64,000 nt of DNA, from assembly GCA_051294375.1 (NCBI GenBank), contig CM119265.1:286328-350327 (forward strand). Reading direction: 5' to 3'. This DNA comes from Paraspadella gotoi. Its lineage: Eukaryota; Animalia; Chaetognatha. The notes beneath the pieces are model-generated. The model ran no database searches. It was not told the origin of the DNA and saw nothing but the letters and a program-made list of their open reading frames with translations. This document shows positions 51,012 to 62,067 of this stretch, piece after piece; positions within the stretch are counted from its first letter, which is position 1; the number at the start of each line of letters is the position of its first letter. Position numbers and translations under genes: made by a program.

Positions 51012-53218
51012 ACCTAACCCTAACCCTAACCCTAACCCTAACCCTAACCCTAACCCTAACCCTAACCTAACCCTAACCTAACCCTAACCCTAACCTAACC
51101 CTAACCCTAACCCTAACCCTAACCCTAACCCTAACCCTAACCCTAACCCTAACCCTAACCTAACCTAACCTAAACCTAACCCTAACCCTAACCCTAACCC
51201 TAACCCTAACCCTAACCCTAACCCTAACCCTAACCTAACCTAACCTAACCCTAACCCTAACCCTAACCCTAACCCTAACCCCTAACCCTAACCCTAACCT
51301 AACCTAACCTAACCCTAACCTAACCCTAACCTAACCCTAACCCTAAACCCTAACCCTACCCTAACCCTAACCCTAACCCTAACCCTAACCCTAACCCTAA
51401 CCCTAACCCAACCTAACCCTAACCCTAACCCTAACCCTAACCTAACCCTAACCCTAACCCTAACCCTAACCCTAAACCTAACCCTAACCTAACCTAACCC
51501 TAACCCTAACCCTAACCCATAACCCTAACCCTACCCTAACCCAACCTAACCCTAACCCTAACCCTAACCCTAACCCTAACCCCTAACACCTAACCCCTAA
51601 CCCTAACCCTAACCCTACCCTAACCTAACCTAACCCTAACCCAACCCTAACCCTAACCTAACCCTAACCCAACCCTAACCCTAACTAACCCTAACCTAAC
51701 CCTAACTAACCCTAACCCTAACAACCCTAACCTAACCTAACCCACCACCTAACCCTAACCCTAACCCTAACCCTAACCTAACCCTAACCTAACCTAACCC
51801 TAACCCTAACCAACCCTAACCCAACTACCCTAACCCTAACCCTAACCCTAACCTACCCTAACCTAACCCTACCTAACCCTAACCCACCTAACCCTAACCC
51901 TAACCCTAACCCTAACCCTAACCCTAACCCTAACCTAACCCTAACCCTAACCCTAACCTAACCCTAACCCTAACCTAACCCTAACCCTAACCTAACCCTA
52001 ACCCTAACCTAACCTAACCTAACCCTAACCCTAACCCTAACCCTAACCCTAACCTAACCTAACCCTAACCCTAACCCTAAACCCTAAACCCTAACCCTAA
52101 CCTACCTAACCCTAACCCTACCCTAACCCTAACCCTAACCTACCCTAACCTAACCCTAACCCTAACCCTAACCCTATACCCTAACCCACCTAACCCTAAC
52201 TAACCCTAACCCTAACCCTAACCCTACCTAACCCTAATCCTAACCTAACCCTAACCCTAAACCCTACCTAACCCTAACCCTAACCCTAACCCTAACCCTA
52301 ACCCTAACCCTAACCCTAACCCAACCCTAACCTAACCCTAACCCTAACCCTAACCCTAACCTAACCCTAACCCTAACCCACCTAACCTAACCTAACCCTA
52401 ACCCTACCAACCCTAACCTAACCCTAACCCTAACCCTAACCCTAACCCTAACCCTAACCCTAACCCTAACCCTAACCCTAACCCTAACCCTAACCCTAAC
52501 CTAACCCTAACCTAACCCTAACCCTAACCCTAACCTAACCCTAACCCTAACCCTATACCCTAACCTAACCTAACCCTAACCCTAACCCTAACCCTAACCC
52601 TAACCCTAACCCTAACCCTAACTAACCTAACCCTAACCCTAACCCTAACCCTAACTAACCCTAACCCCTAACCCTAACCTAACCTAACCCTAACCCTAAC
52701 CTAACCCAACTACCTAACCCTAACCTAACCCTAACCCTAACCCTCAACCCTATACCCTAACCCTAACCCTAACCCTAACCCTAACCCTAACCCTAACCCT
52801 AACCTAACCCTAACCTAACTAACCCTAACCCTAACCCTACCCTAACCTAACCCTAACCCTAACCCTAACCCTAACCCTAACCCTAACCCTAACCTAACCC
52901 TAACCCAACCCTAACCCTAACCCTAAACCCTAACCTAACCTACCAACCCTAACCCTAACCTAACCCTAACCCTAACCTAACCCTAACCCTAACCTACCCT
53001 AACCCTAACTCTAACCTAACCAAACCCTAACCTCTAACCTAACCCTAACCTAACCCTAACCCTAACCTCCTAACCCTAACCCTAACCCTAACCCTAACCC
53101 TAACCTAACCCTAACCCTAACCCTAACCCTAACTACCCTAACCCTAACCCTAACCCTAACCCTAACCCTAACCCTAACCCTAACCCTAACCCTAACCCTC
53201 TAACCCTCTAACCTAACC

Positions 53219-53256
<38 letters not shown>

Positions 53257-53882
53257 CTAAACTCTAACCCAACCCTACCCTAACCCTAACCCTAATACCT
53301 AACCCTAACCCTAACCCTAAACCTAACCCTAACCCTACTACCCTAACCCTATACCTAACCCTAACCTAACCCTAACCCTAACCCTAACCCAACCCCTATA
53401 CCCTAACCCTAACCACCTAACCCTAACCTAACCCTAACTAACCCTAACCCTAACCCTAACCTAACCCTAACCTCTAAACTACCCTAACCCTAACCCTACC
53501 CTAACCCTAACCCTAACCTAACCCCTAACCCCCTAACCCTACCTAACCTACCCTAACCCTAACCCTAACCCTAACCCTAACCCTAACCCTAACCCTAACC
53601 CTAACCCTAACCCTAACCTAAACCTAACCCTAACCCTACACTACTAACCCTAAACCAACCCTAACCCTCATACACACTACAACCTCTAACCCTAACCCTA
53701 ACCCTAACCCTAACGCCTAAATACCCTACACCCTAACCTCACCATTCCTAACCAACCTAACCTACTATATACCTACCTACCCTACCCTCTAAATACCCTA
53801 ATACTAACCCTAAACCACCTACTAACCACCCCAACAACCCTACCCAACCTCCACCCAATACCTAACCCTAAGCACAAAACCC
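51012..53882. repeat. Telomeric repeat (CCCTAA)n, ~2.9 kb
   Basis: Direct reading. Confidence 0.97.
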
Positions 53883-54922
53883 TGTAGATAAGAGATATCC
53901 CTGGCGCCAGTGGACATGAGCATGAGTGACAGAATCCAAATCATCTCCTTATAAGGTTAAATTCAATCACCTCTTGCTCCAATTCTATCTCTTTATTGTT
54001 ATATTCGATGACGAACTAATAAGGAACTATGTTAAAACATAATGTTCTTTATTCGATTGGTAGTATCAGAACATAAAAAACCAAGGTTTGTCGTTTCCCC
54101 AGATAAAAGCGTTAACAGTTAATGTTAAGACGTCGGGACGTGGATCGCTGGGTCGCTGGTTTCGCAATCCAAGAGTGTGAGTGTTAATTTAAATTTAAAT
54201 ATAATCAGGAGACCTCCGATATGACTAAAATATCATTTATCGATAATTACTTAATAAATTAATATTGATTTTGGTTTTCGATTAAAATATATTAATTATC
54301 ATAATTTTGGCGCCAGGTTATTTCTATTATATGGCTCTAATTGCCCCTATTTGATTTAAATTAGGGAAAAAAATTTTTCGCTTGATTTTATTCTAAAAAT
54401 AAGCTTGCCTTTGTTTCGAATTTTGGTTGTACTAATACAATTTTTATAACGTGACACACAGAAAAATAGAAAAAGTAACACATGTTTCACGGAATAAAAC
54501 GTAATGAAAATTGGATCGTTAAAATTGTTAAATACGTTGAGTAGTATTCATTACAACAATTTTGGATGAATATACCTTAACGAGGTTGATTTCGGTGATT
54601 AATTGGGATAATTAATATCGAGGTGATTATCGGTGATTAACGAGTTGAACGATAGTAAACGGTAAATTTGAATTAAATTGGAAATTCGAAAATTTTCAAA
54701 GTAAGGGTTAAAGTCGAATGAACTTTAAAAGGGATGTTTTTTTAAAATGACTGACGCCGTTTCGATTTGATGCTGCAGTGTTTCTCTTCGTCCCGATTTT
54801 GCTGTAGCCATGTGTGAATAGGACAGCGATATGATGGGCGGATTGAATTAATATCCGTTGCGTGACGCTTGATTCTTCGCCTTTCGATAGGAGATTTTCG
54901 GGGTGTTTTGGAAAAAAACTGT
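53883..54922 (-). mobile_element. F4 3' LTR and 3' UTR, second copy
   Basis: Matches 14938-15990; terminus reads TGTAGATAAG on the plus strand. Confidence 0.85.
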
Positions 54923-55303
54923 GGGGCGATTTATTTCTAAATAAATAAGTCGGACTGAACGCTATATCCCCCCATGATTAATTATATAGTCTTATAAATT
55001 CATCAAAAATAATGAAAAATAAAATAGTATGATGTCGGCCACTGTGTAAAGTATGTTGCTTTAAAATATGTACAAAATTATAGGCGTAATAAGGGCGAAA
55101 ATTAAAATTGACTTGATCGATCGATTGACTTTGACGGCGAAAAATTTCATATTCAAAATTCGAAAATCCAAAATTACAAAATTACAAAACCAAAATTGTT
55201 AAATATGTACTACTAATGGGAATAAGGGGTTGTTAACTGTCGGAGTCAATGCCGCGGATGCTGATGGAGTGAAGATGGATAAAGACTGGCTCCGACAGAT
55301 TAA

Positions 55304-58300
55304 CTATGATTTAAGGGAATTTTGTTTTTCTTTATCGTCGACGTTCTCGTTGTTGTTGTTGTTTTGTTCTTGTTGGCGAAGGATTAGTTCTTTCAAAACC
55401 ACTGCATAAGTTGGTTTGTTAAAGTTTTTGTTAGAGAAATCGTCGACTGAAGGCCTCGAGAATCTACACGTTGGCTCAATTCCCTTTTTCTCGAGTTGCT
55501 TGTTGTTGTTGTTGATTTTCTCTTTTTGCTTCGGTGATGAAGGCGTCTCACGTGGAGGCGCGGAGAATGGGGAAGCTGGAAGCAAAAAAGACGGGGAAGG
55601 GGGGAGTGGGTCGGGGGGAAGGTGGGGAAGATTTGAGGGGTCGGAGAAGTTGATCGGGGAAGGTGGAGGAGGAGGAGGAGGAGGAGAAAGAGGAGGAGGA
55701 GGAGGCGGAGACGCCGCGCGTTGGTTTCTTGATCGCGTTTGTCGATCCGTTGGCGCTGGTTGCCTCGTTCTGGCTCCTGGTGGTCGACCTGGTCTTCTCT
55801 CTTGGAGCAACCCTGGGTCGTCGATCTCCTGCTCGTCGTCGCTGATCCAAGCGGGTTTGATTCGTGCCACGTTTACCGTCTCCCTGCCGATACTCGGAAT
55901 GTCAACAGTTAGATTCAAACCATTTCTGTGAACAACACGGAATGGGCCTTCGTACGGAGGCATGAGCGGGGGTTGAACGCCTGCTCTTTGAATGAACACA
56001 TACTTAGCTGAGTTTAGATTCGCTGGGAGATGGATCGCGGGTTTTCGGTGGGCGGATGTTGGCTGGGATTGTAGCCGGGCTACTTCGATTCGAAGTTTTG
56101 AGAGGTGTTTTCTTCGCTGTTGATTCGTGATAGTGTCGTTGGCTTGGCAGTCGCTCAAGAGAGTTCCGGGGACGCCAATGCCCTCGCCGAAGACCAACTC
56201 TGCCGCTGAAGCTCCTACATCCTCTTTCACAGTTGTTCGAATCGCAAGTAAGGTCAAAGGCAGCTGCCAAAACCATTTTTCTCTTTCTTCTTTCGCCAGC
56301 GCTATTAGAGATTCTTTTAACCGCCGGTGAAATCTCTCCACCAGCCCATTCGCCTGCGGGTGGTACGATGTCGTTGTTTGGTGCTTAATGCCCCAACTTT
56401 TCGTTAACTGTTTCCACAAGGTCGATGTGAATTGGCTACCACGATCCGTTGTTATTACCGCTGGAGTTCCGAAAACGCTAATCCAGTTCAAGCTTAAAGC
56501 ATCCAGAATTGTCGGAGTCGTGGTATCGTGGATTGGGATGGCCGTTGGCCATCGAGAGAATCTATCCACAATTGTCAACAGGTGTGAATACCCGTTTGAT
56601 CTCGGCATTTTTACTAAGTCCAAGTTTATGTGCTGGAAGCGCTTAGCCGGGACTTTAAATTCGCCAATTTCAGGGATGACATGACGAGTGACTTTTGCCT
56701 TTTGACATTCGATGCAGTCGCGGGCCCACTTTGATACATCCTGTCGCATGCTTGTCCAAACGAATTTGGAGGCCATAGCTTTGCGCGTTGCCTCCACTCC
56801 CGGATGGCCTAAGCCATGGATGATGTCGAATACTCGGCGCCGCCATGCTGCTGGCACAAATGGGCGTGCCGGGCCGTTCGAAACGTCGGCCAAAAGGTCA
56901 TGTTCGCCTACGCGGATTTTTCGAAAGTTTAATCCCGATCTCGCGTCATCTGAGATTTTTTGAAAATCGCTGTCGAGTGATTGATCGATTGCCATTTGTT
57001 CGAAGTCAATATCGTAACTTGTAAGAGACGAAATGACGGCGTTTGCATCTTCTAAACGGCTGGGTTTGATGCCTAGTTCCTGTTTTTCGCCGTCTCGCTT
57101 TTCCTCGCTCGCGGTAGATGCCTTTTGGCAATGCTCGATGGCTGGGACTCGCGATTCTTCTTCCCCTGGCGTCGAAATCGAGTTCGCGATCGAGGTAGGT
57201 GTCTTCTGGCTGGTTTCGATGGCTGTTCTTCCAGTCTGGCTCGTTTTTGCGTCGCTAGGTGATGCTGTTGGAGTATTGTTTGGCCGGGACAAGGCATCTG
57301 CTACCACATTTGCCTTTCCCTTCAAATATCGAATGTCCGTGGTAAATTCTGCTATAACTGATAGCTGATAGGACTGTCGACATGTTTGTGGCTCTGATTT
57401 TTTCTTGATGGCGGTAACGAGGCTCTGGTGATCGGTATAAAGCGTAAATGCCCGGCCTTCCACCCAGTGGCGGAAATGCCGGACTGCGCGAAAGGCTCCG
57501 TATAATTCCCTATCGAAGGGCGGCCACAGCTTTTGGTTTTTGGCTAGTTTCGCGGAGAAGAACGCCAAGGGTTCCCAACCCTTGGGTCCTCTTTGTTCGA
57601 GCACTGCTCCTACAGCATGATCGGAGGCGTCTGTCGTTATACAGAGCTGAGCTCCGGTCCTCGGGTGATGAAGTAGCGCCGCGGAGATTAATCCCTCTTT
57701 GATGGCGTTGAAGGCTCTTTCACAGTCCTCCGTCCATGTTAGCGACTTGGGCTTACCGCTCAGGGCTTCGTACAGTGGCGAGCATCGATGAGCGACCTTG
57801 GGAATAAATCTTCGATAGTAGTTGATCATTCCCAAGAATCGCTGAAGTTCTTTGATCGATGTTGGGCGCGTGGTCTCCTTCAGAGTTCGAACTCGCTCTG
57901 GTAACGGCCTCACTCCGTTTTTGTCGACCAAAAAGCCCAAGAACTCCAGCGAGTCCTGGCCGAGCAGACATTTCTTGGTGTTTACCACCAAACCGTTCTC
58001 GTCTAACGCTTTGAAAACGCGTTGTAGATCCTCCATATGTTCTTGTGGTGATGATGACGCGACAAGAATGTCGTCTAAGTAGACGAATGTATGGGGTATG
58101 TCTCCCAAGATCTGGTCCATAAGGCGCTGAAAATCTTGGCCAGCGTTCTTGAGTCCAAATGGACATCGAGGGAAGACATAGAGCCCAAATGGTGTTATTA
58201 CCGCGGTTTTTTTTATATCATCCGGGTTCACTGGGATTTGATGATATCCCTTGAGTAAGTCTATCTTGGAGAAAATTGTTTTCCCCTCAAGCTGTGAGTT

Positions 58301-59098
58301 GAAGTCGGATAATAATTTGACCGGGTATCTGTCGTCAATCGTTTGCGCATTGAGGCGGCGGTAATCACCGCAACACCTCCATCCTCCATCCGGCTTGGCG
58401 ACCACGTGGAGGGGCGACGACCATTCAGATTTGCCTCTCTGGGCGACTCCTAGAGACACCATTTTCTCTAGTTCTCTCTTTGCTACCGCTAGCTTTTCGG
58501 CGTCTAAGCGGCGCGCTCTTGCTTGACACGGGCGTCCTTCCGTTGGGATTGAATGAGTAACCCCGTGTCTTGGTTCCTTGACCTCGAAAGTTGGCGTTGA
58601 GAGAGATGGGAATGAGTCGAGTAGCTTGTAATATTGTTCTCCTTTGCGATCTACAAAGCTAACGTGAGTAGTTGTCTCGTTCGAAGTTGACGCTGCTATT
58701 GTGGAGAGATCGCGGAGGTCGAGTAGAAGGCCGTCACGGTGATTGGGTGCGAGGTAATTCTCAGCTAGAAAGTCCGCTCCAAGGATAAATTGTTTTACAT
58801 CCGCTACCACGAATGTATAGTCGAACTTTCGATTGCCCAATTGGACCGTTCTATCGATGGTGCCATAACAATCTATTGCAGAGCCATTTGCTGCTTGAAG
58901 TTTCATCATGGTGTCTGGCCCTTTACTGCGTTGTTGTTGGGTCGGAGGAATGATTGAGAGTAAGGCACCTCCATCTACCAGCCACTTAACTCCATTCCCG
59001 GCGTCGCGAATATAAATTAGGTCGTTCGAGGCCGGTGAACGGGTTGAATCATGGGAGACGGCGGCGTTCACTTGCGCCGCCCCCCTTTGAAGTTTCCC
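55304..59098 (-). CDS. pol: F6 Pol polyprotein (PR-RT-RH-IN)
   Basis: 1277-aa open frame with all motifs; GGGAAAC at 59092-59098. Confidence 0.95.
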   Translation of the reverse strand, partial: GKLQRGAAQVNAAVSHDSTRSPASNDLIYIRDAGNGVKWLVDGGALLSIIPPTQQQRSKGPDTMMKLQAANGSAIDCYGTIDRTVQLGNRKFDYTFVVADVKQFILGADFLAENYLAPNHRDGLLLDLRDLSTIAASTSNETTTHVSFVDRKGEQYYKLLDSFPSLSTPTFEVKEPRHGVTHSIPTEGRPCQARARRLDAEKLAVAKRELEKMVSLGVAQRGKSEWSSPLHVVAKPDGGWRCCGDYRRLNAQTIDDRYPVKLLSDFNSQLEGKTIFSKIDLLKGYHQIPVNPDDIKKTAVITPFGLYVFPRCPFGLKNAGQDFQRLMDQILGDIPHTFVYLDDILVASSSPQEHMEDLQRVFKALDENGLVVNTKKCLLGQDSLEFLGFLVDKNGVRPLPERVRTLKETTRPTSIKELQRFLGMINYYRRFIPKVAHRCSPLYEALSGKPKSLTWTEDCERAFNAIKEGLISAALLHHPRTGAQLCITTDASDHAVGAVLEQRGPKGWEPLAFFSAKLAKNQKLWPPFDRELYGAFRAVRHFRHWVEGRAFTLYTDHQSLVTAIKKKSEPQTCRQSYQLSVIAEFTTDIRYLKGKANVVADALSRPNNTPTASPSDAKTSQTGRTAIETSQKTPTSIANSISTPGEEESRVPAIEHCQKASTASEEKRDGEKQELGIKPSRLEDANAVISSLTSYDIDFEQMAIDQSLDSDFQKISDDARSGLNFRKIRVGEHDLLADVSNGPARPFVPAAWRRRVFDIIHGLGHPGVEATRKAMASKFVWTSMRQDVSKWARDCIECQKAKVTRHVIPEIGEFKVPAKRFQHINLDLVKMPRSNGYSHLLTIVDRFSRWPTAIPIHDTTTPTILDALSLNWISVFGTPAVITTDRGSQFTSTLWKQLTKSWGIKHQTTTSYHPQANGLVERFHRRLKESLIALAKEEREKWFWQLPLTLLAIRTTVKEDVGASAAELVFGEGIGVPGTLLSDCQANDTITNQQRRKHLSKLRIEVARLQSQPTSAHRKPAIHLPANLNSAKYVFIQRAGVQPPLMPPYEGPFRVVHRNGLNLTVDIPSIGRETVNVARIKPAWISDDEQEIDDPGLLQERRPGRPPGARTRQPAPTDRQTRSRNQRAASPPPPPPLSPPPPPPPPSPINFSDPSNLPHLPPDPLPPSPSFLLPASPFSAPPRETPSSPKQKEKINNNNKQLEKKGIEPTCRFSRPSVDDFSNKNFNKPTYAVVLKELILRQQEQNNNNNENVDDKEKQNSLKS

Positions 59099-60144
59099 TC
59101 TTTTTTCTTCATTTGAGTCTCTTCGAATCGTGCACATCCCTGATCACACGACCATGCGTCGTCGCCGAAACGAATATGTTTCGCGCAGAGAGTCGTCAAT
59201 TTCGGCTTTGTTTTCGCTTTGGTAGCTGTCGTTTGGCGGCGTTTGCTGGCCGCGTTTTTCCGATGACGACGATCGACGGCGTTGATCGTTTCTTCTTCTT
59301 CAGACTCGGATTCTTCTCTCTCCTGCTGTTTCTGATTGACGTGGCTAATGAGAGATGTCGTTTGGCGGAGTTTTAAACTGCCGTCGCTCTCAAAGTGTCT
59401 GTCGGCGAGTTGACAGAGTTCTTTCGCCGTCAGCTCGTCGGCCTTTTCTTCCAATTGCCGGCGGATGTCGTTTGGCAGGTCTCGGAGTACTTTTTCTTTC
59501 CTGATATCATCGAGAGAGAGAGTCCTTGTTCTTTCTTCGAGTTGAGCTAATTTCCTTGATGGTTTGAGTCCCTCGAAGTCGAATGCATCGAGGATCACCG
59601 CGGCCTGTTGTCGCTTGGTCAAACCATACTCTCGCCTGAGATAGGCGATGAACTCGGTCCACGATTCCTCAGTGGCTTCGCCGAATAGATAAGTGTTTAT
59701 GTTGGCGTCCACGTTGATCCCAATTTTGGATTCTAAATGCGCGAATTTGTTCCGCGGCGTCGTGATGCCGGCGCGGATGTAAGCGGCTTCAATCCGCTTG
59801 ATCCATACTTCAATATTGCTCGTATCGAAGTCGGGTAGCTCAGGCTTACGATTCGATGCCCTTTCGAGTGCGCGAGTCGCCGCGGCGAGCGCGGCGCGGA
59901 GTTCTGTGTTCTCGTCGCGGAGATCGCGATCGGCGGCGCCGCTGGTCGCCATGACGGCGTCCTCGAAGTTTTCGGCGTCGCCCGGCGGGAATTCGAATTG
60001 AGTAGTCGCGCCGGGAATGATTGGAGAAGGTGAACGCCCGCGCCCGAATCCAAAAGGTAGTTGCAGTCTAGACGGATCTGCTAGCTGGGCCTCGGCGTCG
60101 CGTTGAGAGGAACGGAGTCGAGAGCGAATGTCTTGCCCGTTCAT
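59068..60144 (-). CDS. gag: F6 Gag (CHCC)
   Basis: 358 aa; knuckle CAKH...CDQGC. Confidence 0.92.
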   Translation of the reverse strand: MNGQDIRSRLRSSQRDAEAQLADPSRLQLPFGFGRGRSPSPIIPGATTQFEFPPGDAENFEDAVMATSGAADRDLRDENTELRAALAAATRALERASNRKPELPDFDTSNIEVWIKRIEAAYIRAGITTPRNKFAHLESKIGINVDANINTYLFGEATEESWTEFIAYLRREYGLTKRQQAAVILDAFDFEGLKPSRKLAQLEERTRTLSLDDIRKEKVLRDLPNDIRRQLEEKADELTAKELCQLADRHFESDGSLKLRQTTSLISHVNQKQQEREESESEEEETINAVDRRHRKNAASKRRQTTATKAKTKPKLTTLCAKHIRFGDDAWSCDQGCARFEETQMKKKEGNFKGGRRK

Positions 60145-60309
60145 CGATGACGTCGCCGGTGTCGAGTCGAATATAAGGGGTTTTGGGAATGAATGGGAAA
60201 AGAAGCGTGAGCAGATTGGGGGCTGCTTAGCTCAATTTCAATTCTCCCTCCCAATCTCACCTCAGAAAAGGTTTGTTTCCGCTGTTCCCCTTTCTTCAGA
60301 GAGATAACT

Positions 60310-60480
60310 GGTTTAGGGTTAGGGTTAGGGTTAGGGTTAGGGTTAGGGTTAGGGTTAGGGTTAGGGTTAGGGTTAGGGTTAGGGTTAGGGTTAGGGTTAG
60401 GGTTAGGGTTAGGGGTTAGGGGGTTAGGGTTAGGGTTAGGGTTAGGGTTAGGGTTAGGGTTAGGGTAGTTAGGGTTAGGG
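60310..60480. repeat. Telomeric repeat (TTAGGG)n
   Basis: Direct reading. Confidence 0.95.
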
Positions 60481-61139
60481 TGTGGCAAGTACAGAGTGCG
60501 TTCTAAGTAGACGCCACAGTTGACGAATGGACTTGGCAGCGTCAGCGTCACGTGACTAAAGCATTGGCGCCACGAATAAATGAGATGGCGTTCGATGTTG
60601 CAGGGAAAACGGGCGCGAGTTAAGATTCGTTTTAATCGTTTACAATTTAATGTTTCATGAGTTTAAGAGATTAAGTCGATGAGATTAATTCAGTTTAATT
60701 CGATGAGATTAATTGATGAGATTAATCGAGTAAAAACATTATTTGAGATTTCACAGAGTTTTTCTCCAATATATCAAAATGTATTTCTTACATTAAATAT
60801 TGAGAATTAAAAACGATTTGAGTCAGGAAACGAAAATAATGTATTCTTCATTGAAAGCAAAAAAGACTGAAAACAATCTGTTTTTCAGATTTGAAAGTAA
60901 CACCGTCGTCGAACAAAAGGTTAAGAAACAAACGCCATCTTGTTTTATCAGAGTCAATTGAAAACGGTTTGAAACAAAACAAAAGATGAATCGAGTTAAA
61001 ATCTTTTAATCAAGATTTGAGTTCAGATATTTTAAGCCGCCCGGATGGCAGTGGGCAAGAGCCAGGCGTCCCGGATTCTCGATACCGGGTTCGATTCCCG
61101 GAGCGGATTGATTATTTATAACAATAAATATCCTCTTCG
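60481..61139 (-). repeat. F7 LTR (start lost in gap)
   Basis: Ends ...GCCACA, carries the TTCCCTGCA motif and a tRNA-like cassette, same layout as F2/F5/F6. Confidence 0.8.
61036..61108 (+). ncRNA. tRNA-like Pol III cassette in F7 LTR (antisense)
   Basis: TGGCAGTGGG A-box-like; perfect T-arm CCGGG-TTCGATT-CCCGG. Confidence 0.7.
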
Positions 61140-61208
61140 NNNNNNNNNNNNNNNNNNNNNNNNNGTAGCTCCGGTCGGTCGGTCTTGTTCGTCGAAGTGC
61201 TCACCATG

Positions 61209-61902
61209 TGTGGCAGGTTGACTGAGTCTAGCCACAGCGTGACGAAGGGACTGGCAACTGAACGTCAGAGTCCTAAGACGTTGATGAGGATCATTACTAT
61301 GATCAGTAGCAGCGTTGCAGGGAAGGTTTGGCGTTGTAGAATTAATCTTTTAATTGATTATTTATTATCGATTACTTTCACAGATTAAAAAGTCGATTTA
61401 TTTCAGAGACTTGTTTCATCGATGTTGAATTGATTTATTTCATTCACTTCATTTAGTTTAATTCATCTTTCTTATAATGTACTTATTACATTTAGATGAT
61501 TAAATAAAAACAAGGTTTTGTTGAGTGAGGTAAAAGTATTATTTAATTCAAGATGATCGATTTTTAATATATCGAATTAAACAATTTAAGATCTTTGATT
61601 TTATCTTGACTGAGGTATCAAGACTGAAATTATTCAGTTAAAGATTCAAAAGGTAAACAAAATCTGTAACAAATATAAAAGGTTTTAACAGAGAGCCCTC
61701 TGTTGAAAACAGATTAATTCTAAGTAAAACAAAAGATTCGAATCTGTTTTAAAGTTATAAATAGGAGAATTCGAATTTGATTTTTCAGTTGTCTGGGTAG
61801 CCTCTGGCTGTAATTTCCAGACAGCGAGCGCTCAGGATCCAGGATCGAATCCTGGCGAGGGGCGATTTATTTCTAAATAAATAAGTCGGACTGAACGCTA
61901 TA
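61209..61902 (-). repeat. F6 5' LTR (TA...CA) with PBS at 61190-61206
   Basis: PBS TGGTGAGCACTTCGAC; start abuts the telomeric array. Confidence 0.9.
61791..61866 (+). ncRNA. tRNA-like Pol III cassette in F6 LTR (antisense)
   Basis: TAGCCTCTGG A-box-like; T-arm CCAGG-ATCGAAT-CCTGG. Confidence 0.6.
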
Positions 61903-62067
61903 ACCCTAACCCTAACCCTAAACCCTATAACCCTAACCCTAACCCTCTAACCCTAACCCTAACCCTAACTAACCCTATAACCCTAACCCTAACCCTAACC
62001 CCTAACCCCCTAACCCTAACCCTAACCCTAACCCTAACCCTAACCCTAACCCTAAACCCTAAACCAC
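61903..62067. repeat. Telomeric repeat (CCCTAA)n
   Basis: Direct reading. Confidence 0.95.

Larger units (their letters stand above)
54923..60310 (-). mobile_element. Gypsy family F6 internal region with intact gag and pol, and first 44 bp of 3' LTR
   Basis: PPT GGGGGGA at 54967-54973. LTR start TATAGCGTTC at 54966 matches 61902. Confidence 0.93.

Noticed and set aside
60141-60551. PN-repeat ORF, plus the LG-repeat and satellite ORFs elsewhere
   Set aside because: These are translations of telomeric or satellite DNA.
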